Below are positions 26,934 through 33,680 of a stretch of 33,680 bases of DNA, piece by piece. The translations under genes and the position numbers were made by a program. Within the stretch, counting starts at the first letter, position 1. Each line of letters begins with the position of its first letter. The DNA is taken from positions 1 through 33,680 of IMG/VR virus record IMGVR_UViG_3300012894_000127; one strand, 5' to 3'. Below the pieces are notes generated by a model. It ran no database searches and was not told the origin of the DNA. It saw only the letters and a program-made list of their open reading frames with translations. This DNA is from a virus. Lineage: Duplodnaviria; Caudoviricetes.

Positions 26934-28789
26934 TGGCAAATCTACAGTTGGTCGGCAACATCGCTGGAAGCGAAGCGGCGACGGTCAAGCTCACGGTGGT
27001 GTACCTGACGGACTACCGCGACGAGCAGGGCCGCGTGCCCCCGCCAGTGCTGCTGTTCGAGAAGCTGCCGGGGCAGGAGTGGACGGCGCGACCCAACGGT
27101 GGGGCGGCCATCGTGCTGGGGCCGAATCAGATGGGGATTCCCGCGCCGAAGGTGAGCGTGACGTACACCTTGCTGTGGGCGGGCTTGCCGCCGCCGGCTC
27201 GGACGCTGGAACGCTATATCGTGCCGAACACGGACCCGGAGGGGTACTGGGACTTCACCCGTGCGGACGGCAATGGGGTGTACAACGGCTCGCCAGACAA
27301 TCTAACGCAGGTGAACGTGCTGCCCGGTCAGGGACCGCAGGGGGAGCCCGGCCCCGGCCTGCGCATCGGTACGGGCGTCCCCTCGCCCGGCCTCGGCATC
27401 AATGGGGACAGTTACCTGAACACCTTGACCTGGGATCTGTACTCGCGCGGGGGCGGCGCATGGACCCTCATCGGGAACATCAGAGGCGGCACAGGCGGAA
27501 TCGGCGAGCGAGGGCTGCCCGGCGTGGACGGCAGGAGCTTCCCGGTGCCGACGCCGAGTCAGACCGGCTACATCCCGGTGGCCGATGGAAGTCAGCCGAG
27601 CGGGTTCAGCTGGACTGCACCGAGCGCCCTGCGACTCCGGAAGCTGGGCGACGTGGACTTGAACGACATTCAGGAAGGGCAGGCCGTCGTGTGGAATGCC
27701 GGGCGCAGCCTGTTCGTGCCTGGGGAGGCCGGTTCGGGCGACGGTGGGGGCGACGGCCCGGTCATCGACCCGATTGCCGGTCAGATCATCGTGCAGAGCG
27801 TCAACCCGCCGAACTGGGCCAACAACGGCACCCTCGCGCAGTTCGGCCTGGGCAACAACGACGGCCCCGACACCGCCTGGACGGATGTGTGGGGGTACAG
27901 CAACGACGGCATCTCCCAAGCCACGCCCTTGCAGATGACCTACCCGAACGGCAACAGCGACCTGCTCACCTATCAGGACCCCGGCCCCTGGTTGGGCAAG
28001 CGGTACTGGCAGTTCGTGGACCGGAACGACTTCACCCGGCCCACCATCTTCATCAACGTGGCCGAGGGCGTCTCCATTCAGTCGGTGGGCGAGACACCCC
28101 CGCCGCCGGATGAGGGTGGGCCGGGTGGCGAAGTGACGAACCCCGAGGACTTCACCTTCCACTTCCCGTCTGCCCAGTACGGCCAGGCCAGTGCACCCTT
28201 CGATCTCATGGACGGCACGTACAAACTGACCGTCGAGAATGTCTCACAGGCCCAGGGGGTGTCGCTGTATCTGGAATCGGCGGGCGCATCGGGCATCTGG
28301 AGCACCTCCCTGAACACCAACAGCCTCATCCCAGGCGAGATCAAGACCACCGGCCCCACCCAGACACCGCAGGGGGCGCTGCACTACCGCGTGCGGGGCT
28401 ACTGTGCGGGGCCGGGCAACCCGGTGGTGCATGTGCAGATCGTCCTGACGCCGATTGAGGAAGGACCGGTCATCGACGACCTGACCAGCTTCGACTTCGA
28501 CTTCCTGGGCAACACCCCAGGGCAGGCCAGCGCCCCCTTCACCCTCGACGCCGGGGATTACAACCTGGTCGGCACCTGCCCGGGCGGAACCGGCGAGGCT
28601 CCGATCTACCTGATCCTCGAAGCCGAGAACCCGCCCGGTCACTGGCAGGGCTGGAACGCCAACACCATCACCGATACCGACGTGTACACCAGCAACCCGG
28701 TTCACTTCGACGGTGGCTTGTGCCGCTTCCGGGCCTATTGCTCAACCCCCGGCAACTACACCGCGCATGTCAGCGTCACCCTGGAGTGA
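26933..28789 (+). CDS. Tail fibre / receptor-binding protein with collagen-like segments and two repeated C-terminal beta domains
   Basis: GQGPQGEPGPG and GERGLPGVDG flank a GTGVPSPGLGINGDSYLNT motif. LRKLGDVD...GQAVVWN fibre motif. GQASAPFxL occurs twice. Confidence 0.8.
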   Translation: MANLQLVGNIAGSEAATVKLTVVYLTDYRDEQGRVPPPVLLFEKLPGQEWTARPNGGAAIVLGPNQMGIPAPKVSVTYTLLWAGLPPPARTLERYIVPNTDPEGYWDFTRADGNGVYNGSPDNLTQVNVLPGQGPQGEPGPGLRIGTGVPSPGLGINGDSYLNTLTWDLYSRGGGAWTLIGNIRGGTGGIGERGLPGVDGRSFPVPTPSQTGYIPVADGSQPSGFSWTAPSALRLRKLGDVDLNDIQEGQAVVWNAGRSLFVPGEAGSGDGGGDGPVIDPIAGQIIVQSVNPPNWANNGTLAQFGLGNNDGPDTAWTDVWGYSNDGISQATPLQMTYPNGNSDLLTYQDPGPWLGKRYWQFVDRNDFTRPTIFINVAEGVSIQSVGETPPPPDEGGPGGEVTNPEDFTFHFPSAQYGQASAPFDLMDGTYKLTVENVSQAQGVSLYLESAGASGIWSTSLNTNSLIPGEIKTTGPTQTPQGALHYRVRGYCAGPGNPVVHVQIVLTPIEEGPVIDDLTSFDFDFLGNTPGQASAPFTLDAGDYNLVGTCPGGTGEAPIYLILEAENPPGHWQGWNANTITDTDVYTSNPVHFDGGLCRFRAYCSTPGNYTAHVSVTLE

Positions 28790-28868
28790 ATTGCAGCATC
28801 CAGGCTTCGTCCCTGTTGGCGTTTCGGCGCGCTGACGGCGCTTCACATGCAGCCGGAAGGAATGAACC

Positions 28869-29396
28869 ATGAGCAATCCTTTACTTCGTTCTCTGCGTGA
28901 CCTCTGGAACAGCAACAAAAGCCCGGTCCTGCTCGCCACCCCTTCCGGCACCCTGGGTTCGGATGGCAAGCCGCAGGCCGCCCCGGTCGGGCCAGAATAT
29001 CCACTCCCCGTTGGGCTGTACGTGCTCCGGGCGGGCGCGTGGGTGCCCTGGGACGGGTACGCCCTCGCTGCGTCGCCCCCACCAGGCCCACCGGTCTTTA
29101 GCGCCATGAACTTCACCGGGGCTGACGACATGTACGCCTACTCGACCGAGTTCACCCTGCCGCCCAGGACCTCGGTGACGGTGCAGTTCACGAACCCGCA
29201 GGGTGACGCCGGAGCGCTGGTGACCCAGGAGGCCTGGGACGGCTCGGCCTGGGTCAATCTCGCCACGAACGCGCTGGACTCCGCGACCCAGAGCGCTGAC
29301 TTCGTGAATGGCTACACCGCCGACAAATACCGGTTCCGCGTCGCCTACCAGCGCCACACCACCGGCAACGAGACGGCCACCTTCTGCGCAGCCTGA
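28869..29396 (+). CDS. Putative accessory tail/virion protein
   Basis: AAGGA RBS. N-terminal YPLPV motif, Pro linker and a C-terminal beta domain (YRFRV) reminiscent of the fibre domains. Confidence 0.5.
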   Translation: MSNPLLRSLRDLWNSNKSPVLLATPSGTLGSDGKPQAAPVGPEYPLPVGLYVLRAGAWVPWDGYALAASPPPGPPVFSAMNFTGADDMYAYSTEFTLPPRTSVTVQFTNPQGDAGALVTQEAWDGSAWVNLATNALDSATQSADFVNGYTADKYRFRVAYQRHTTGNETATFCAA

Positions 29397-29492
29397 GCGC
29401 CGTCCAGGCCGGTGCCCTGATTCCTGAGATGATCAGCCAACCAACACGCAACCCGAGGGCGAAAATTTTACTTTGTGAAGATTTTTCTCAGC

Positions 29493-29498
29493 TAAGCT
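29493..29498 (+). promoter_or_regulatory. -10 element (TAAGCT) of a probable leaderless promoter
   Basis: TAAGCT-ggggt-GTG(29504), the same hexamer and spacing as at the peptidase moron. AT-rich upstream. Confidence 0.65.
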
Positions 29499-29503
29499 GG
29501 GGT

Positions 29504-29722
29504 GTGACCAGAGCCGAGTTTTTCCGAGCCGTGATCTTGAAAAGCCTCAAGAAGCGCTGGAGCTGGCTCTTTGGACTTCCCGTGCTGGTGTTCATCGGCT
29601 TGATGGTTTTCAAGCAACCGTTCTGGTTTTCCGCCGTTCTCGCCCTCGTTTTGCACCTGTTGTTGACGGGCTATAGCGCCTGGGCTTCATACCAGCGGCA
29701 CAGACACGAATACATCAGCTGA
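29504..29722 (+). CDS. 72-aa two-TM membrane protein (moron)
   Basis: Basic N-terminus and two hydrophobic segments. Lower GC, own -10 box and a downstream hairpin. Confidence 0.7.
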   Translation: MTRAEFFRAVILKSLKKRWSWLFGLPVLVFIGLMVFKQPFWFSAVLALVLHLLLTGYSAWASYQRHRHEYIS

Positions 29723-29742
29723 ACACAGCCTGCCAACCCACC

Positions 29743-29772
29743 CAGCCCCCGTCCACGCGGGGGCTGTTCCTT
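29743..29772 (+). terminator. Terminator-like hairpin before the lysis cluster
   Basis: 9-bp stem CAGCCCCCG/CGGGGGCTG with a weak tail TTCCTT. Confidence 0.55.
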
Positions 29773-29787
29773 GCCACAGGAGGCGAG

Positions 29788-30216
29788 ATGCAACAACGAT
29801 TACGACGCTGGCCTCAGCGGGTCAGACACCACTTCCACGACCGCCACATCCTGGTCCGCCTCCTCATCGCCGGTCAGACCCTGGGCTTTGGCCTGGTCTT
29901 CCTCTTCCAGAGCGACCTGTTTCATTCGACGACCAGCCGCAGTTACAACGGCATGGCCTGGATGCCGCAGATCGCTTGGGGGGGGCTGGCGGTGGTCACG
30001 GGCCTGGGGCTGGTTGCAGCGGCCACCGACCTCGGGCGGCGGCTAGCCTACCTCCTCGCCCTCTTCTTCTGGATCTCCGTCACGACCTCCCTCACGGTCG
30101 GTGCGGGCACCATCCTGACCGGCACGACCACCTACGGCTGTGTCATCGGCGTGATCGTCTACAAGCTCATCAGTGCCCGGAGCATCAACGAGCCAGGCGG
30201 TGAGCATGACATTTGA
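29788..30216 (+). CDS. Multi-pass (about 4 TM) membrane protein, holin candidate
   Basis: AGGAGG RBS, four hydrophobic segments, upstream of the endolysin. Confidence 0.6.
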   Translation: MQQRLRRWPQRVRHHFHDRHILVRLLIAGQTLGFGLVFLFQSDLFHSTTSRSYNGMAWMPQIAWGGLAVVTGLGLVAAATDLGRRLAYLLALFFWISVTTSLTVGAGTILTGTTTYGCVIGVIVYKLISARSINEPGGEHDI

Positions 30217-30664
30217 CCCCGTGATCGTGACCGGCGTGCTCAGTCTGGTCGGCACCGGGCTGGTGGCCTGGCTCGGCTTCCTCAACGCCCGCCTGAGCAC
30301 CGCGAAGACGAGCGAGCAGGCGCTGATTGACCGGCTGGAGAAGCGCATCGACCAGCTCGACCGGACCATCGCCAATCAGGACACGAAACTCGCGCTGCTC
30401 GAGCAGAAAAACGACGCGCTGGAGAAGGAAAACGACAGCCTCAAAGAGCGCGTGCGTGTCCTCGAAAGGGACGGCGCGGCGGCGGAGCACCTGGGGGCGC
30501 GGCTGACGACGGCCAACAAGCTCTTGATCGAGCAGAAAGACGCCCTGAACCGCGAGAACGCCGAGTTGCACAGCCAACTGGCGACTGTGGCGATCTGTCA
30601 GGGGCAGGACTGCCCGATGCGAGATCTGGCGCGGCAGATGACCGATGGGGGCAAGACACCATGA
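30206..30664 (+). CDS. Single-TM coiled-coil protein of the lysis cluster
   Basis: ATG 30206. N-terminal TM, long heptad region, C-terminal CQGQDCP. ATGA overlap with the endolysin. Confidence 0.65.
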   Translation: MTFDPVIVTGVLSLVGTGLVAWLGFLNARLSTAKTSEQALIDRLEKRIDQLDRTIANQDTKLALLEQKNDALEKENDSLKERVRVLERDGAAAEHLGARLTTANKLLIEQKDALNRENAELHSQLATVAICQGQDCPMRDLARQMTDGGKTP

Positions 30665-31464
30665 CCATCACACTGACCGCTGCCCACATTCAGGCCGTCG
30701 CCCCGAGCCATCTTGGTCCCACCTCGGTGGTGGCGGTGCTGCGCTCAGTGCTCGAGCAGTACCAGATCGACCAGACGCCCGAGCGCTTGGGCATGTTCCT
30801 CGCCGAGTGGGCGCACGAGAGCAACTTCATCAGTGTGCGCGAGAACATGAATTACAGGGACGCACAGCACATCTTCGACACCTTCAGCAATCGGGGTCGC
30901 CGCTTTCAGAACAAGGCCCAGTGCGTTCCCCTGGTCAACAATCCACAGGCGCTGGCCAACGCGGTCTACAACGGGCGCATGGGCAACCGGCCCGGCAGCA
31001 ATGACGGTTGGCTCTACCGGGGTGGCGGCTGGCCCCAGCTCACCGGACGCGACGCCTACGCCGGGTACGGGAGTCGGCTGGGCCTCGATCTGCTCGGCAA
31101 TCCCAGCCTGATCCTCAAGCCCGAAGTCTCAGCAGCGGTCTGCGGGCTGTTCTGGTCAGACCGTGGCCTGAACCGCTTTGCCGACGCGGGTGACCTGGTG
31201 AGCGTCACCCAGAAGATCAACGGTGGCCAGAACGGTGCCGACGACCGCCTGGCCCGCTACCGGGCCGTGATTCCGCTCCTGCGCGCCCAGGTGGCCGCGC
31301 CTGCACCGGCTGGTGTGCCAGTCCAGCGGCTGTTCGTCAACGGCATCGAGCAGCCACTCGCCGACGCCACGCTCAGCGGCGTGAGCCTGGTGCTGCGCGG
31401 CCAGACGTTCACCATCGCCAAGCGCAGCCAGGTAGGGGAAAAGCTGTATGTCACGACGGCCTGA
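30661..31464 (+). CDS. Endolysin, glycoside hydrolase family 19
   Basis: FLAEWAHES, DGWLYRGGGWPQLTGRDAY and VTQKINGGQNGADDR motifs. Short extra C-terminal domain. Confidence 0.92.
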   Translation: MTITLTAAHIQAVAPSHLGPTSVVAVLRSVLEQYQIDQTPERLGMFLAEWAHESNFISVRENMNYRDAQHIFDTFSNRGRRFQNKAQCVPLVNNPQALANAVYNGRMGNRPGSNDGWLYRGGGWPQLTGRDAYAGYGSRLGLDLLGNPSLILKPEVSAAVCGLFWSDRGLNRFADAGDLVSVTQKINGGQNGADDRLARYRAVIPLLRAQVAAPAPAGVPVQRLFVNGIEQPLADATLSGVSLVLRGQTFTIAKRSQVGEKLYVTTA

Positions 31465-31774
31465 GCCGGCCCGCGCCCGACTGCGCCGGATCATCGTGCC
31501 GGGCACCACCGGGGGACTGTTCACGGTCTATCCAGGGACGCTGGGCTTCCTGGTGATCCTGGGGCTGTTCGTGCATGCCTACTTCACCGGGCGGCAGCTG
31601 CCCGCTGGGATTGGCGACGTGCTGCTGGCCTCAGTGGGCCTGCTGGGACTGCACACCGCGCGCGGGACCTCGGCAGACCGTGCCAACGCCGCCAACGGTC
31701 TCGGGCCGGTACCGGTCGAAGATCCGCCGAGCACCGCGAGCACCCTGCCCGAGTTGCGCCCCACCGGCCCCTAG
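31448..31774 (+). CDS. Two-TM membrane protein, holin candidate
   Basis: Overlaps the endolysin end. Two hydrophobic segments and a basic N-terminus. Confidence 0.55.
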   Translation: MSRRPEPARARLRRIIVPGTTGGLFTVYPGTLGFLVILGLFVHAYFTGRQLPAGIGDVLLASVGLLGLHTARGTSADRANAANGLGPVPVEDPPSTASTLPELRPTGP

Positions 31775-31860
31775 GCCTGCCGTACCTGCAGGTGCTGACA
31801 ATCCACCCTCTTCCGGCCCTTGCCACGTGCAGGGGCCGCGCCTGTTTGTCCAGGAGCACC

Positions 31861-32205
31861 ATGAACCCATTGACCCTGAAGGCATTGAAGCTCCAGCTGC
31901 AACTCCTCGCCCTGAAGGCCCTGCCGGAGATCGAGCGTCAGGCCGTGAACATCGCGCAGGCCGGAATCAAGCTCGTCGCCCCGGCCAAGCGCGTCCAGGG
32001 CATCGAGTACGTTGTCGCCCAGTACGCGAAGGTGACCGCACACATGCCTGGCTTGAAAGACACGCTGGTGGATGATGCGCTGGTCCGGGAACATGCGGGC
32101 GAGGCGATCGACTGGGCCTTCGGTCAGGTCGGCGGCCTCCTCAACGGCCTGGTGCACGCGCCGGTCGCCGACGACAGCACCTTGCCTCAAGGCGGCCTGA
32201 AGTGA
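31861..32205 (+). CDS. Hypothetical helical protein of the lysis cluster, 114 aa
   Basis: AGGAG RBS before ATG 31861. GTGA overlap with the next gene. Confidence 0.6.
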   Translation: MNPLTLKALKLQLQLLALKALPEIERQAVNIAQAGIKLVAPAKRVQGIEYVVAQYAKVTAHMPGLKDTLVDDALVREHAGEAIDWAFGQVGGLLNGLVHAPVADDSTLPQGGLK

Positions 32206-32558
32206 AGCGCGCCCTGCTGCTGATGCTGGGTGTCCTGACCCTGGCCAGCTGCGCACCGGGCCTGACTGCCGCGCCTGATCCTGGCGGTGCCGTGCTGAGC
32301 ATCGACCGGCAGAGCAGTCAAGCGGTGGTGACGTTTGCCGCAGGGAGCCTCGACGCCCAGGCGGTGCAGCTCACGCTCAGCGGCGTGAGCCTGGCCGTCA
32401 ACGATCCGAACTGCAGAGCATCCGGCGCTCAGATCGTCTGCACCCTCGGCACGGTGCCTGCCGGGCGGATGTACGTCCTGCCCAGTCGCGGGGTGCTGGT
32501 GGCCGAAGCGGCGTACCAGCGACCGGGTGGCGCGGCGTACTCACTGACGGCCAAGTAA
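32202..32558 (+). CDS. Lipoprotein
   Basis: MKR, hydrophobic core and LASC lipobox. Two further Cys, beta-rich. Confidence 0.8.
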   Translation: MKRALLLMLGVLTLASCAPGLTAAPDPGGAVLSIDRQSSQAVVTFAAGSLDAQAVQLTLSGVSLAVNDPNCRASGAQIVCTLGTVPAGRMYVLPSRGVLVAEAAYQRPGGAAYSLTAK

Positions 32559-32574
32559 ACCCACGTCCTCAACT

Positions 32575-32606
32575 GCCGACCCGCCCGTGACATTCGGCGG
32601 GTCGGT
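32575..32606 (+). terminator. Intergenic hairpin (weak terminator or RNA stabiliser)
   Basis: Stem GCCGACCCGCC/GGCGGGTCGGT with a poor U tail. Confidence 0.45.
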
Positions 32607-32630
32607 GCCGTTTGCACGCAAAGGAATCCC

Positions 32631-33125
32631 ATGAAAAAGAAACTGTCTCTGTTGGCCCTGACCGGAATCATCGCCCTCGCCTCGTGCGGAGCACCGCCCA
32701 CTCCAGCCCGGATCAATCCGGCCACGTCGTCCGCGCCGATCGTCGTCACCCTGCCCGCTGACGCGCCAGTACCCACGCCGCAGCCCGCACCTGCGCCTGC
32801 TGCCCAGAGCATCACGGTCATCGGTAACCCCGAGGCGGTGGGCGTGCCTTGGCTGGAGGTCACGGCGTTTCAGGCGGCCCGCTCTCCGGGCGACGGCGCG
32901 AACTGCTCGGCGGTCGCCAGCGCAGACACCGACAAGTCCCTGACGATCCGCTCGGCCAACTGCGGAGATGCAGGGACGGCCACCCTCACCGTGGCGCTCA
33001 ACGGCCAGCGCACCCCGCAGAAGGTGGGGAGTCAGGACCTCGTGATCGTGCAGAAGCGCAGGGATATCAGCGAGTCGGTCACCGCCGTCGTCGAGGTTGG
33101 CGGCGAGCAGATCTGGCCGAAGTAA
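32631..33125 (+). CDS. Lipoprotein with a Pro-rich linker
   Basis: AAGGA RBS. MKKK, hydrophobic core and LASC lipobox, then a Pro/Ala linker and a beta domain with two Cys. Confidence 0.8.
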   Translation: MKKKLSLLALTGIIALASCGAPPTPARINPATSSAPIVVTLPADAPVPTPQPAPAPAAQSITVIGNPEAVGVPWLEVTAFQAARSPGDGANCSAVASADTDKSLTIRSANCGDAGTATLTVALNGQRTPQKVGSQDLVIVQKRRDISESVTAVVEVGGEQIWPK

Positions 33126-33145
33126 ACCCCACAAGTCCGCAAGTC

Positions 33146-33191
33146 AATGCCCCCTGCACCCGCGTCGGCGGTCGTGCAGGGGGCATTTTTT
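33146..33191 (+). terminator. Rho-independent terminator ending the late operon
   Basis: 14-bp stem AATGCCCCCTGCAC/GTGCAGGGGGCATT followed by a T run. Confidence 0.85.
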
Positions 33192-33353
33192 GGTGTGGGC
33201 CGTCCTCCGCTGGGTGAGGGGCACGGGCAGGTCATGGCGATTGACAGCATTGCTAGGAGCCCATTCCCCCCGTCGGTGGCTTAAGGTTCGGACAACATAC
33301 GGCCTGCGTTCCGCCAATAGCTTTCCCCAGCCGTTCCACCCAAAGTGATAAGC

Positions 33354-33680
33354 ATGCAACCAAAACGCTCTCTTGCCATTCTCACCACACTACTGACCAC
33401 CTCAATCGCACTGGCAGGTGGTGCCGGTTCAATGCCGATGCAGGATGGGTACGCCGACGTTAATGGTGCCCGCATCCACTACGTCGTGCAGGGCCAGGGC
33501 TCGCCAGTTCTTTTGATCCACGGTTATCCCCTGAGCGGCGAACTGTTCTCCAAAAATCGTGATGCCCTGAGTCAAAGTCACAAGGTCATTACCATCGACC
33601 TGCGCGGCTTTGGGAAAAGCACTGCGCCAGCTGAAGATCCTGGCTCCTTACAGACCTACGCGAAAGATGCTCTGGCGGTA
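33354..33680 (+). CDS. Secreted alpha/beta hydrolase, 3' truncated by the window end
   Basis: Translated by hand: signal peptide, then VNGARIHYVVQGQGSPVLLIHGYP and VITIDLRGFGKS. Confidence 0.88.
   Translation, partial: MQPKRSLAILTTLLTTSIALAGGAGSMPMQDGYADVNGARIHYVVQGQGSPVLLIHGYPLSGELFSKNRDALSQSHKVITIDLRGFGKSTAPAEDPGSLQTYAKDALAV

Larger units (their letters stand above)
1..33191 (+). mobile_element. Siphovirus-like prophage late region (packaging, head, non-contractile tail, lysis); probably packaging-defective
   Basis: Canonical order terminase-portal-protease-capsid-connectors-tail tube-chaperone-tape measure-tail tip-endolysin, with many ATGA/TGATG overlaps. No sheath gene recognised. No integrase or att site in the window. 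Confidence 0.95.

Noticed and set aside
26933-29396. Diversity-generating retroelement or invertible fibre cassette
   Set aside because: No reverse transcriptase or invertase, and no near-identical template repeat or inverted sites seen.
33192-33353. Prophage att site or promoter (TTGACA at 33241)
   Set aside because: No properly spaced -10 box, and no tRNA, integrase or partner repeat in the window. The boundary cannot be placed.
1-33680. CRISPR array, tRNA/rRNA genes, IS elements, contractile sheath
   Set aside because: None recognised. Intergenic spaces are short and no such motifs were seen.

Overview
GC-rich window holding the late (morphogenesis and lysis) region of a siphovirus-type prophage. 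The host is probably Deinococcus-like, inferred from GC content and leaderless TAAGCT-N5-start promoters and not verified. Gene order on the + strand: ParB-DNA methyltransferase, terminase small and large subunits, portal, S49 protease with a nested scaffold, decoration protein, major capsid, head-tail connectors, tail tube, tail assembly chaperone with a -1 frameshift, a 3193-aa tape measure protein, tail-tip and fibre genes, and a seven-gene lysis/lipoprotein cluster around a GH19 endolysin. A terminator and the start of a secreted alpha/beta hydrolase follow. Three lower-GC morons interrupt the operon: a secreted gluzincin peptidase, a 52-aa secreted Cys/Gly peptide and a 72-aa membrane protein. 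Reading by hand shows frame anomalies clustered in the head/packaging part: terS has a frameshift plus an internal TGA, the portal 5' end lacks an in-frame ATG/GTG/TTG, and an HhH gene is split. The roughly 23 kb connector-tail-lysis part looks essentially open, which raises the possibility of a packaging-defective, domesticated tail element. All product calls come from motifs and synteny; no searches were run.
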